Below are positions 50,065 through 63,744 of a DNA stretch of 64,000 nt, piece after piece. The stretch lies in NCBI GenBank assembly GCA_001643675.2, contig LSRY02000013.1, positions 1,674,001-1,738,000 of the forward strand. Direction: 5' to 3'. Origin of the DNA: Monocercomonoides exilis PA203. Its lineage: Eukaryota; Protista; Preaxostyla. The position numbers and the translations under genes are program-made. The notes beneath the pieces are model-generated. The model saw only the letters and a program-made list of their open reading frames with translations. It did no database searches and was not told the DNA's origin. Within the stretch, counting starts at the first letter, position 1; every line of letters begins with the position of its first letter.

Positions 50065-53000
50065 TCAGGCAACAATTCCAGATGCCAATAAAACATCCTG
50101 AATGGATGAAAGAGAAGGAGAAGGAGGAAGAGAAGGAGGAAGAGAAGGAGGAAGAGAAGGAGGAAGAGAAGGAGGAAGAGAAGGAGGAAGAGAGAGAGGC
50201 AAAGATGGCAAAGGAGAAGAAGGAGGAGAAAGAGAAAGAGAAGAAGGAGGAGAAGAAGATGAAGAAGAAGAAGATATGGATGAGTTATCAAGTGATGGAG
50301 GTGTGTTGGAGGAAAGAGAAGGAGGAGAAGGAGGAGGAGAGGAAGAAGAAGGAGGAGGAATAAGTTCTTGTGAAGAAGAAGAAGAAGAAGAAAGAAGAGG
50401 AGGAGAAGATGATGAAGATGAAGGCAATGATGAAGGAGAAGAAGGAGAAGGAGAAGGAGAAGGAGAAGGAGAAGGAGAAGGAGAAGGAGAAGGAGAAGGA
50501 GAAGGAGAAGGAGAAGGAGAAGGAGAAGGAGAAGAGGAAAAAGAAGAAGAAGAAAGAACAGATTCTTGCGATGTTGGAGGAGGAAGAGAAGAAGAAGAAG
50601 AAGTTATTGATGATGTTGTTGTTGTTGAAGTTGAGGTCGAAGAAGAAGAAGAAGGAGGAGTAGTAGTAGTAGTAGTAAATTCTACCATTTGTCTGTTTAA
50701 TTTCATAGCAAGCAATGGATTTATCATCACTTTCAGTTCATTTTCATCTGATTCTTCTGTTGTGTTTTCATCTTCTCTTCCGCTTTCTTCTTCGTCTTCT
50801 TCAAATTCTTCTTCTTCTCTTTCTCCTTCATCATCATCATCTTCTTCTTCTTCTTCTTTATTTTCTTCCTCTTTTCTTTCATTTTCTTTTCTCTTTTGAA
50901 ATTCTGTTTGATTAACATTCACATCTTCTTCCATTGCAAATCCCTTGTTCTTCACAATGATCGCATCTTCTTTCTTTTTCAGCTTCATTTCTGAATGATT
51001 TTCTCTATTTTTCTTTCCTTTCCCTTCTTTTCCATTTGTTTCATTCAAGTTTCCATTTCCTCCTCTTGTTCTTCCTTGTTTCGTTTTCCCCTTCTCTTTC
51101 TCTCTTTCTCTTTCTCTCTCTTTTTCTCTCTCTTTCTTCTTCTTCTGATTTTTTCTGTCCAACAAAGAAGGAATTAAGTCAGCAAACAAATGAGAAGCAT
51201 CGGCATTTGTGATTGAACGTTTTGAGGAAAGAGAAGAAGAATAGGAAGATGTGGTGGAAGAGGAAGAAGAAGAAGTTTCGGAGAAATACGGAGAAATAGA
51301 AGAAGAAGAAGAAGAAGAAGAAGAAGGTGAGCGAATGGAAGAATTTCCAATGGATGAGTTAGAGGGAGATGTGGAAGAAGAAGAAGAAGATGATGATGAT
51401 GAAGAAGGAGTTTTCATCACTTTCTGATTTATCAATGCTTTGTTTTGTGTTGGCGTTAATGATATTGCTTCATTTGCTTCTTCTTTTCTTTCTCTTTCTT
51501 CTTCTCTTTCTTTCGTTTCTTCTCTTTTTCCTTCCTTTTCTTCTTTTCTTTCTTCTTCTTTTTCGTTTGATTCAATTTCCTTTTCATCATTCAATTTTTG
51601 TTCTTTCTGTATGTCTTTTTCCATTTGATCATTTTGTGTTTGTTCAATTTTTGTGTTAGCATCTTCTTTCTCTTCATCTTCTTCTTCTTTTCCTTCTTTT
51701 CCTTTTCCTTTTCTTTCTCTTTCTTCTCTTTCTCTCTCTTCTCTTTCATCATATTCTTTTTCTTTTCTTTCTTCATCTTTCAATTCTTCTCCACTTAAAA
51801 CACTTTCATTTCCATCTTTCTTTTTGTCTTCTTCTTTTTCTCCTCCTTCTTCTCCTCCTTCTTCTCCTTCTTTTCTCTCTTCTTCCTCTTCTTTCCCCTC
51901 CTTTTTCTTTCCTTTTTCTCTTCCTTTTTCTTCTTCTTCTTCCTTTTCTTCTTTCTCTCTTTCATTCTGCAAATCAACTGATATATTGTAATTTTGTGCA
52001 TCAGACAATAAAAGATGAGTAATTTCATCTGAAATTGAAGAAGAAGAATCAAAAGAAGAAGAAGTAAAAGAAGGAAGAAGAGAAGGAGAAGGAGGAGAAG
52101 AGGAGGAAATTGAAGAATGAGAAGGAGAAGAAAAGGATGAAAAGGAAGAAGAAGAAGACTTTGTTGTTTTGTTATCATATTTTTTGTGCGATTTTTGAGA
52201 AAGGGAAGTAGGAGAAGGAGAAGCGGAAGAGGAAGAGGAATTTGAAGGGTACAAAGAAGGAGAGGAAGAAGAGGAAGGAGGAAGAGAAAGAGATGGAAGA
52301 GGAGGAAGAGGAGAAGAAGAAGAGGAAGGAAAATGAAAAGAGGAAGAGGAAGAAGAAAGTGAAGAGGAAGAGGAAGAAGAAGAAAAATGAGTTGAAACTG
52401 ATGAAGCTGTTAATGGCAACAATTGATCAGAAGAATGAGGAAGAGGAAGAGGAAGAGGAGGGAGAAGAGAAGGGAGAAGAAGTGGTGGAGGAGGAGGAAG
52501 AGAGAGAAAAGGAAGAGAAGAAGAAGAAGAAGAAGAAGGAAGAGGAAGAGGAAGAGGAGGAGGAGGAGGGAATATTGTGGAAGAAGGAGAAAGAGAAGGA
52601 GAAGAAGAAGTTGTTGATTCAAGTTTATCTTCTTTTTTATTTTCTTTCTCTTCCTCTCTTTCTTCTTCTTTCTCTTTCTCTTTCTCTTCTTCGTTATCAT
52701 CTTCTTCCTCTTTCTCTTCTTTTCCTTTCTTCTTCTTTCTTTCTTTCAAATTTCTTCTCCTTTCTTCATCAAAATTCGAATTTTGAGCAATTTTTGCTGA
52801 AAGAGGCGATGAAAGAGGATTTGAATGTTCCAAACCGTACAACTTATTCGGGATAAAATCTGGGAAATCCATCGGAGAAACAGGAGAAATCGGAGAAATA
52901 GAAGAAAATGAAGAAGAAGAAGAAGGAATGGAAAGAGGATGAAGAATTGGTTTGTGATTGGAAGAATGAAGCAATTTGAGTTGATTTGGGAAAATGATAA

Positions 53001-53068
53001 GAGAAGAAGGAGAAGAAGGAGAAGAAGAACGAAGAGAAGAAGAAGAGGAAGAAGAAGAGGAAGAAGAG

Positions 53069-53100
<32 letters not shown>

Positions 53101-56100
53101 AGAAGAAGAAGAAGAAGAGTTGTAATTGGAAGAAGAAAGAGAAGAAGAACGAGAAATATTCAGTTGAGGGAAAGAAGAAGAAGAAGAAGAAGAAGAAGAA
53201 GAAGAAGAAGAAGAAATTGAAGAAGAAGAAAAAGAAGAAAGACGAGAACGAAAAGGAAGAGGGAGAAGAGAAGAAGAAGAAACAGGAGGAGGAGGAGGAG
53301 GAGGAAGAGAAGGAAGAGAAGAAGAAGGAAATATTTCTGTGTAACGTTTTGATTGAGAAAATTGAGAGTTCATTGGAGAATGTTCAAGTTGAGACAAAAG
53401 AAGAGAAGAAGAAGAAGAAGAAGAAGAAGAATTTAACGAAGAATTTAAAGGAGAAGAAGAAGAAAGGGGAAGGGGAGGAAGAGGAAGAGGAAGAGAAGAA
53501 GATAAATATTGCTTCGAATAATTAGAAGAAGAATTTAAAGAATTAAATCTATTTATGTTATTATGGTCATTGAAAATGCTAGGTTTAACTGAAGAAGAAA
53601 GAAAAGAAGAAAAAGAAGAAGTAAGAGAAGAAGAAGAAGAAGGAAAAGATTTAATTTCTAATTTTGTTGGAGAAATATGTTTTTTCTCTTCAAAAGGCGA
53701 TTTGTTAGAAAGAATGTTTTGTTTGCCAAAAACATCGTTTTCAAACAGAAACAAAGGCGTCGAAAGAAGATTTTGATTGAATTTCTCTGTTTTTTCTATT
53801 TTTTCCGTTTTTTCCATTTCTCTTTCTCTTTCTCTTTCTTCTTCTTCTCTTCCTCCTCCTCCTCCTTCTTCTTCTTCTTCAATATTACCTCCTCCTTTTT
53901 GTGTTGTTTTAGTAGAAAATGGAATATTTTCTTTGAAAGAATTTTGAAATGGAATTTGTGTCATTTTCATTTCTTTGTTCCTTTTTGACATGTTTTCGTT
54001 GTTTTGCACTTCCTTTTTAAGGTTCTTTTTCTTCCCTTTTGCAGTACTTTCTTCTTCTTTCTCATTTTCGTTTGATTCATCGTTTTCATCACTTATTTCC
54101 TCATCTTTCTTCAATTTATTCTCTTTTTCTTTCTCTTTTTCTTTTTCTTTCTCCTTCTCTTTCTCTTTCTCTTTCTCCTTCTCTTTCTTCTCTTCTTTAT
54201 CGTCTTTGATCAAATCCAGTTCTTCTATCCAATTCATCAGCTCATTCGCTATTTCCTCCAAAACTTGATCCGCATCCAATTTTTTGCTTCTTTCTTCTTC
54301 TTCTTCTTCTTCCTTTTCTTTCTCTTTTTCTTTTTCTTTTTCTTTCTTTTTCTCTTTTTCTCTTTCTCTTTCTTCTTCCTTCACCTTTTCTTTCTCTTTC
54401 TCTTTTTCCTTTTTATTTTCCTTTTTATTTTCTTTCTTCTTCTCTTTTTTCTTTTTCTCTTCTTCTTTTTCATCTTTTTCATCTTTTTCTTTGTCTTCAG
54501 AATAATTTTCTTCTGATTTCTTTTGTTTTTTCATCATTTTCTCTTTCCTTTTTCCTTTTTCCTTTCCTCTTTCTCTTTCTTTCTCTTTCTCTATTTTCTT
54601 TTTCTCTATTCTTTTCTTCTTTTCCCTTTCTTTTATTGAATTTATTGTATAATCATCATCATCTTCTTCTTCTTCTTCTTCTCTCTTTTTCTCTTCTTTC
54701 CTCTCTTTTTCTCTCTCCTTCCTTTTTATCTTCTTCCTTTTCTCTTTAATTTCTTCTTCTCTTTCTTCTTCTTCTTCTCTTTCTCTTTCTCTTTCTTCTT
54801 CATTTTCTTTGAGAGGAAGAGGAATTTGTTGAGAAGAATTTGTTTTGTCGCTTTTGAATGAACGAATTGAATGGAATTTTGGTGAAAGAGAAGAAGAAGA
54901 AAGAGAAGAAGGAGAAGAAAGAGAAGAAGGAGAAGGAGAAAGAGAAGAAGGAGAAAATGAAGAATGAGAACGAGAAAGAGAAGAAAAGGAAGAAGAAGGA
55001 GAAAATTGATTTTTTATTTTGTTGTTTTGATTTTTATGTGATTTATGAGAAGATGAAGGTGAAAATGAAGAAGAAGAAGAAGAAGAAAGAGAAGAATTAT
55101 CTGAATTTTGATCATATTTTTCTTCTCTTCTTTTTGAAAAATGAGAAGATTTTGAATGTTTTGCATGTTTTGAATGTTTTGATGGTTTTTGAGTGTTTGA
55201 AATGTGTTTGTGAATTGAATGAGGAAGATAATGATGATGATGATGATGAGAAAGAGAAGAGGAAGAGGAAAGAGAAGAAGGAGAAGAAGAAGAAGAAGGA
55301 AAACGAGAAGGAGAACATGAAGAAGAAGAAGAAAAATCTATTTTTCTTTTGTTTTCCTCTGTTTCTTCATTCATTGAATCGTCATTTTCTTCGCTTTTTC
55401 CCTTTTTTCCTTTCTTATCTCTTGTCTTCTTATTCAATTCCTTCTTCTTTTGTTCATTTTTCTTCTTCTTCTTCTTTTCCTGATAACTTTCTTCTGTTTC
55501 ATCATTTGTTGAATAAAACGAACTTTTTGAATGAAAATGTTTGTTTTCCTTTTCAAAATGATGATTTTTATGACGGTGTTTATGAGAATAATCGCTTTCT
55601 TGTGAATTTCTCCGATTTCTCCGATTTTTCCTATTTCTCCGATGGCTTCTATTTCTCCGGCTTTTATTGTTTATTTCATCATTATCATCATCATCATTTT
55701 CTTTGTTTTTCAATGAATTTTGAGTGTTTTTGTGGATTTCATTGAAATAAAATGAATTTGACATGTCATTTTGATTAGAATTTTGTTGAAATGAAGAAGA
55801 AGAAGAAGAAGAAGAAGGAAAAATCAAAGAAGAAGAAAGAGAAGAAGAAGAAGAAGAAGAAAAAGGAGAAGAAGAAGATAAAGTTAACGGAGAAGATAAA
55901 GGATTAAGTGTTTTATATTTGTATTGATTTTGTGATGGAAATGTGAATGAAGGAGAAGAATGAAATATTTTGATGTGAAAAGAGGAAGAAGAAGGAAAAG
56001 AAGGAGAAAGAGAAGAAGAGGAAGAAGAAGAAGAATTCATTTGATTCATTGGAATAAAATGATTTGAACGATGAAATGAAACAGAAGGAGGAGAAGGAGA

Positions 56101-57744
56101 AAAAGAAGAGGAGGAGGAAGAAAAAGAAGAGGAAGAAAAAGAAGAGGAAAAAGAATTTTCAGAAGAAGGAGAAGAAAAAGAGGAAGAAGAAGAAGAGGAG
56201 GAAGAAGAAGAATTTTGCATTGAAGAATTTGTGAATTGAAGAGATTTTTGAGAAAAAGGAAAAGAATTTGATTTTTGAGAGAAAGAAGAAGATAAAGGAA
56301 GAGATTGCAAGAAGGAAGAAGGAAATTTTTGAGAAGAAGAAGAAGAAGAAGAATGAGAAGGAGAAGAAGGAGGAGGAGAAGAAGAAGAAGGAGGAGAAGA
56401 AGAAGATGATGATGATGATGATGGAGAAATAGAAGAAGAAAGATTAGAAGAATTATGAAATGTTTCGTCTTTTGATTGAAAAGAAGAAAATTGATTTGAA
56501 ATTGAGTTTTGTGTGTTTGAAAGAGAATTTGAATTTGATGGTTTAACTTCAGATTTTTCAATTTGTTCGTTTTCTTTGCATTTCTCGTTTTCTTCCTTTT
56601 TTTCGTTGATTGTTTGAAATTTTTCTTTATTCTCAATTTTTTCATTTTCATTTTCGACTTCTATTTCTTTTTCATTTTCATTTTCCTCTTCTTCATATTC
56701 TTCTTCGTATTCTTCATATTCCTCCTCTTCGTATTCTTCTTCTTTCTCTTCGTCATCTTCTTCTTTCTCAGTGATTTCCTTTACTTCATTCATTTCCCCT
56801 TCCTTTTCCTTTCTCTCTTCTTCTTCTTCTTTTTTTTCCTCTTCCTCCTTTTCCCACAAATCAGGGGGAGTTATGCACAAAAACCCTCCGTCAAACACCA
56901 TTTCAGGTTGCATCATCATCACATTCATCAAAACAGACACATCTTTCCCTTCAAGAAGCACTTCTCCTTCTTCAGAAATAAGCGAAATTCCGAAATAGCT
57001 TAATGAGGGCTGAGAATTTTCAGAAGATGACACTTTTCTGTTTCTTGACAAAGATAGCAAAAGTGACATGATTCCCTTTTTCGTTATTGGATTTCCAGAA
57101 ATATCAAAATATTCAAGCGAAGAAAGTGTTGGCAGAACAGAGCTTAAAGCAATTGCTCCTCTTTCGCCAATTGCATTTTCAGCTGAATTTTGTGAATGTT
57201 CTTCATCATCGGAATAAGGATTTGTTGGTAAAAGAAAATTCCTTGGATCGTTGTTTGTTTCAGATATGGCACAACTGCTTTTCACTTTAGCATGTTGAGG
57301 CAAAGATAAAAAACTTGGCCTTTTGTGAAGAGCCTGAAAAATGAAATCTGAAACAGCCTTAGAAACGGATGTACTAGCAGTATGATTTTGATTAGTGTCT
57401 TGTAAAAGATTTGATAATGATTCCTTTTTAACTGATGCAAAAACAGAACGATGACTTTGACCATATGAATAAAAAGCACGCTTAATCGTTGACAAAAAAT
57501 CAAGTACAGTAATAAGTGATTTAACATTTAACTTTCCTCCGGTTTTATCGCTGTTGGACTTCGATTCAACATTATGAAGAAGCAAAACAGATAATTTTGT
57601 ATTTGATTTGACATTTGCTGCAAGCTCACATAGTTGTAAGTCGTCTATCCCTGCATTACTGAGATCCAGATATGTTATCATTGAAAAAATCGAAGTAGTT
57701 AATGAAATCTTTTCGATAGGCTCATTATCACTGGTTTTGCTCAT
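50065..57744 (-). CDS. N-terminal RNI-like leucine-rich-repeat protein with a very long Ser/Glu/Lys/Pro low-complexity region (2559 aa)
   Basis: ITYLDLSNAGIDD, LAANVKSNTKLSVLLL, ENAIGERGAIALSSVL, LEYFDISGNPITKKG are RNI-like LRR motifs; open for 7.7 kb; 3' end may be spliced. Confidence 0.75.
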
Positions 57745-57841
57745 TTTCAGATCTCATCTGCCACATTTAAATATTATTCAAAATTTGTTACAAGAGAATC
57801 GATCAAAACTTTTTTTAAATTTTTGTTTTTCGTGATGGAAA
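57745..57841. promoter_or_regulatory. Putative bidirectional promoter (97 bp between divergent ATGs)
   Basis: Minus-strand ATG at 57744 and inferred plus-strand ATG at 57842. Confidence 0.45.
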
Positions 57842-60800
57842 ATGAAGAAAGGTTTGACATTTGAATTTATTGTATTAAAATACATATTTGTTGCGTTTCC
57901 ATACGCGTTTATTTTTTCTATATTTCTATTTCACACATATATCACTTTATAGTTATTATCCAGATTTACAAATGATAGGAACGCCTTTACGACCATCAAT
58001 GCGTATTCCTGAAGAAAAATCTGCTTATCTAACTTCTAATATTTCACATTTTAGTGATACGCAAGTCATACATGTTAATTCTGATGGTCCATATACTTAT
58101 GGTGACTTTCGAGTTTACCGCAAACCTCTTACAGCAGGACAAGAATTCAAAGAGAAATACGCAAACGGAAAATCATCGTTTGTTCCACCATCACGAAGTT
58201 TATTTTCTACAACGCGAATTGAGCTATCTCCACGAATTCCCAATCGTCCAATTGTTCAGCATACAACCCTTTCATCAGCATGGACCAACACATCGTATTC
58301 TCCTCCAGCTTATTTTAGCGGCTCTGGTGCACAAACGAAAAGAGAGCGTCCGTTTTCAAGCATCCCCACAAAACAACAAAATCCACTTTTATCTTCAATG
58401 GATTTGACTTTTAACTCTGATGATGAAAGAGAAAAACAGATTTTTTCGAGAAAAAATCAGCAAAACCATAATAAAACAAGACCTTCTTCTGCAGTGTCAC
58501 CGAGAAGAAGGCGGAAAGGGGATTTTTCAGGGCAAGATTTGGGAATGGTTGATTGGGGGTATGAAGGAGAAAAGAAGGAGAAGGAGAAGGAAAAAGAGAG
58601 AGAAAGAGAGAAAGAAAGAGAAAGAGAAAAGGAAAGAGAAAGAGAAGAAATGATAGCAATGAAAGAAGCACAGGAATTGATACAGACGCCAAGAGCATTA
58701 GACACACATCGTTTTTCTTCTCAAAGTGATTGTTCAACTTCTTCTTCTTCTTCTTCTTCTCTTTCTTCCTCTTCCTCTTCTTCCTCTTCCTCTTCTCCTT
58801 TTTCTTCTCCTCCTTCTTCTTCACGAAGCTTTTCTCATTCACTCACACCCCATTCAATTTGTCCTCTTTCTTCTCGTTATCCAACTGTTTCTTCTTCTTC
58901 TTCTTCTTCTATTTCTCCGTATTTCTCCGAAAATTCTTCTTCTTTCTCCTCCTCCTCTTCTTCTTCTTTTCGTTCCCTTCCTCAATCTTTTTCTCTTCCT
59001 TCTTCGGATTCTATCAAAAATCAAAAATTAATTTCTTCCTCCTTCTCTTCTTCTTCTCCTTCTTCTTCTTCTTCTTTTGTTTCCTCTCCACTTCATCAAA
59101 ATCAAACAAAAATTCTTTCTTCAAATTCCGTTTTTCCTTCTTCTTCTTCAAATTCTTCTTCTTCCTCTTCTTCCTCTTCCTCTTCTCCTTTTCTTCCTTC
59201 TTCTTCCATTCCAAAATTAGCATTTTCTGAAGATTATTTGAATAATTCGAATTTGACTCAAAAAAATGCTGAAGAAATTTTAAGTTTGACTTCGAGAAAA
59301 GAAAGAGAAAGAGAAAGAGAAAGAGAAAAAGAAAAAGAAAGAGAAAAAGAAGAAATCAATTTTAATGACATTCATCTTCTTCAATTAACTGAAAGAAGAG
59401 GAATAAACGAAAAGGAAGGAGAAGGAGAAGGAGAAAAAGGAAGAGAAAGAAGAGAAAGAGAAAGAAGAGAAAGAGAAAATGAAAAAGGAGAAAGAGAAAG
59501 AGAAGAAGAAGAAGAAACAGAAAAAATCGAAGAAATTGAAATGGGAGCGGAAGAAAAAGTGGATTTTGATGAAGTCGAAATTATGACTCCGCGAACGGGG
59601 GAATTTCATGTGCGGCCGCTTCAAATGAGCGAAAAAGGGAATAATTTTAATGAAAATTCAAAAGAAATTAATAAAAATTTGATGAATGAAGAACAAATAG
59701 CAAAAATAAATAACAATAAAAATTCTTCTTCTTCTTCTTCATCTTTTTCCTCCTCTTCCTCTTCTTCTCCTTCCATTTCATCATCTTCTTCATCATCATC
59801 ATCATCTTCTTCTTCTTCTTCTTCTTCTTCTTCCACAAAATCTCCAGTTAAATCAAAATTTCAGTCAAAATCGATTTCTCACAAAATTCTTTCAAAAACA
59901 CCGCAAAAAAGTGAAATTCATCCAAATTTCACTTCAAACCCTTCTTTTTCTCTTCCTCTTTCTTCTCTTTCTTCAAATTCTTCTTCTTCTTCTTCTTCAA
60001 ATTCTTCTTCAAATCCAAATTCTTCCTCTTCCTCTTCCTCTTCCTCTTCCTCTTCCTTTTCTCATTCTTCTTCTTCTTCCTGTTCTTCTTCTTCTTCTTC
60101 TCGTTTTAACCGCAAAAATGTTATTTCTTCTTCTTTTTCTTCTTCTTTTTCTGGTTACATTGATCCTTCCGTTTCCTCCCTCCCTTCTTCTCATCATTTC
60201 AATTTAGAAGACTTAAATTCTTCTTCTTCTTCTTCTTCTTCTCGTTTTCCTTCTTCTTCCTCCTCTTCCTCTTCTATTTCTCCGTATTTCTCCGAAAATT
60301 CTTCCTCCTCCTCCTCCTCTTCTTCTTCTTCTTCTTCTTCTTCTTCTCATCCAATTTCTATTTCTCCGGTTTTGTCATATTTCTCCGATGATAATTTCAG
60401 CCACTGCCAAACAGAAAGAATAAGAAGAAGTCAAATAGAGTGGGATTTAAGTGAAGAAAGAAGAAGAGAAGAAGAAGAAGAAGAAAGAGAAAAGGAAAAA
60501 AGAGAAGAAATAAAAGAAGAAGAAGAAGAAGAAGAAGGAGAAGAAAAAGAGGAGAAAATAACAGAAAATCAAGAAAAAAGATCAAATTTTTCAAATTTTT
60601 CAAAAAATTCAAAGGAAAATTCAAAAAAACCAGAAATTTCATCAAATTCATCAAAATCATCAAAATTTGCCAAGTCAAATGAAATTAAGCCACTTTATTT
60701 CAGTTCTCCTTCCACAAATATAACCACACCTCCTCCTTTTCTTCCTCCAAAACATAATTTTTATTCTTCTTCTTCTTCTTCTCGTTTTTCTTCCTCTTCT

Positions 60801-63060
60801 TCTTCTTCTCGTTCTCCTTTATTTAACAGGCCAAAATCTTCATATTCTTCTTCTTCTTCTTCTTCTTCTTCTTCTTCTTCTTCTTCTTCTTCTTCTTCTT
60901 CTTCTTCTTCTTCTTCTTCTTCTTCTTCTTCTTCTTCTTCTTCTTCTTCTTCTTCTTCTTCTTCTTCTTCTTCTCCAACGATAATTCTTCGTTCATATTC
61001 TTCAAATTCAAAAGAAATTTATTCAAAAAAGAGAAATTTAAATGGAAAAGAAGAAGGAGAAAGAGAAAGAGAAAGAGAAGGAGAAAGAGAAAGAGAAAGA
61101 GAAGAAAAGGGAGAAGAAGAAGAAAGAGAAGAAGAAGAAGAAGAAATGTTCAAAAAGAATAAGATGAATAGAAGAAGTATAAGTGCAATGGAAATAAAAA
61201 GAAAAGAAAGAGAAGAAGAAGAAGGAAAAGAAGAAGAAGAAGAAGAATTTAAAGAAAAAGAAAGAGAAAAAGGAAGAGAAGAAGAAGGAGGAGAAGGAGG
61301 AAAAGGAGAAGGAGAAGGAGAAAGAAAAGAAAAAGAAGAAAGAGAAGAAGAAATTTTGAATATTACTTCGAAATCTGTTGATAATACTGAAGAAGTTGTT
61401 GAATCAACTTTATCTTCTTCTTCTTCTTCTTCTTCTTCCATTTCTTCTTCAAATTCTTCTTCTTCTTCATTTTCCTCTTCTTCTTCTTCTCTTTCTCCTC
61501 TTTCTCCTCCTCCTCCTCCTTCTTCTTCTTCTTCTTCTCTTCCCATTCAAAACAACAAAAAAAGAACGAAAACAATTTCAAGTCATTTTCCTTCAAAATC
61601 TCCTTATCCAACTGCTTCTCGTTTGTTTTACCCGAAAAATGAAAATGAAAATCAAAATCAAAATTCTTCTTCTTCTCCTCCTCTTTCTTCTTTCTCTTCT
61701 TCTTTTTTTAATTCTTCTTCTTCTTCTTCTTCTTCTTCTTCTTCTTCTCTTCTTCTTCTCCCTTCTTCTTTGCCTTCATCATCATCATCATCAACTTCTT
61801 CTTCTTCTTCTTCTTCTTCTTCAAATTTACAATCTTTTCTTCAAACTCCCCAAAAAGAAAGAAGAAGAAGAGAAGAAGAAAGAGAAAGAGAAGTAATTAT
61901 TAAAAAAGAAAAGGAAATGAAAAATGAAAATGAAGAAGGAAGAGAAGGAAGAGAAAGAAGAGAAAGAAGAGAAAGAGAAGAGAAAATAAACAATAAAAAT
62001 CATATTTTATTTAATTCTTCTTCTTCTTCTTCTTCTTCTCCTTCTTCTTCCTCTTCCTCTTCTTCCTCTCCTTCTCATTCTCCAACAAAAGGAATAAATT
62101 CTTCCTCTTCTTCTCCTTCTTCTATTTCTCCGTATTTCTCCGAAACTTCTTCTTCACTTTCTTCTCCTTCTTCTTCTTCTTCTTCTTCTTCTTTTCCTTT
62201 CACTTCCACTTCTCCTTTTCATCCTTCTATTTACACAAAACCAATCATTCCACAAACACCTTCTTCTTCTTCTTCTTCTTTCTCCTCTTCTCCTTCTTCT
62301 TCTCGTTTTCCTTCTTCTTTCTCCTCTTCTTCTCCTCTTTCTTCTTCTTCTTCTTCTTTTAATTCTTCTATTTCTCCGTATTTCTCCGAAAATTCTTCTT
62401 CTTCTTCTTCTTCTCTTTTCTCTTTTGTGCCAAGAAATGGCCCTGGGATGTTTTTCCCTTTCCCTCGCCCTGTTTTCAGAAATTCTTCTTTTTCGCCTTC
62501 TTCTTCTTCTTCTTCTATTTCTTCTTCTCGTTTTTCCTCTTCTTCTTCTCCTTCTTCTTCTTCTTCTCCTTTTTCTTCTCGTTTTCCTTCTTCTTCTTCT
62601 TCTCGTTCTTCTCCTCTTTCTTCTCGTTCTTCTTCATTTAATTCCTCTCCTTGTTCAAATTTCAACAGAAAAACAGCAAAACAAACAGAATTTCATCGTC
62701 TTAGGCCGTCAAATTCGCCAATTTTCGCTCAAAAAACGAAAAAAGCGCTTGAAAATACGTGTTTTTCGGAGGAAAAAGAAGAAAAAGGAAGAGAAAGAGA
62801 AAGAAAAGGAAGAGAAAGAGAAAGAAAAGGAAGGGTAAAGGAAGAGAAAGAAGAAGAAGAAAAGAATGAAAACAAAGAAATGACATGTTATCAAATGGCA
62901 AATGAAAACTCAACATTGTTCAATGACACAGCAAGTATGCATTTAATTAATGAAAATTCTTCTTTTTTTCTTTTATTGTTTCTCTTTTTTCTTTTTTCTT
63001 TATATCTTTCTTTACATTTCTATTTAACTCTTTCTATTTCTCTTTCTTTCTTTCTTTCTT

Positions 63061-63131
<71 letters not shown>

Positions 63132-63708
63132 TTATTTTATTTTATTTTATTTTATTTTATTTTATTTTATTTTATTTTATTTTATTTTATTCTCAATTTT
63201 CCTATTCAAATCAGAGCAAATTATGCCTTCATATGAAGTTGATTCTCTTTCCACAACACATTCTTCTTCTTCTTCTCGTTCTTCTTCTTCTTCTCTTCTT
63301 CCTCCTCCTCCTCCAACTTCTGTTTCTGAGCTGCAAAAATCGTTTCCGGAAGCGTATTTTGATGCTCATTCGAAAGATTTCAATGAAAACGAGAAAAAAA
63401 AATTAAAAGATGATAAAATGAATAATAATCATAATAACAATGTTGATAAAGAAGAAGAAGAAAATGATGAAAAAGAAGAAAAAGAAAATGAGAAGGAAGA
63501 AGAAGAAGAAGAAGACGCAATAGCTTTAGCTGCAAAACAACTGAATTCTTATGTTTCTTCTTTTCCTTCTTCATTTCATTCTTCTTCTCCTCTTTCTTCT
63601 TCTTCTTCTTCTTCTTCTTCTTCTTCTTCTTCTTCTTTCGAAAATCCTTTTCTTCCTCTTCCTTCTGAAAATCACTTCATAATTCAATCAACATTACCAT
63701 CTTCTTCT

Positions 63709-63744
<36 letters not shown>

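Noticed and set aside
62935-63236. Hydrophobic, membrane-like C-terminus of the 1782-aa ORF
   Set aside because: It is read-through into a GT-AG intron containing (CT)n and (TTTTA)n.
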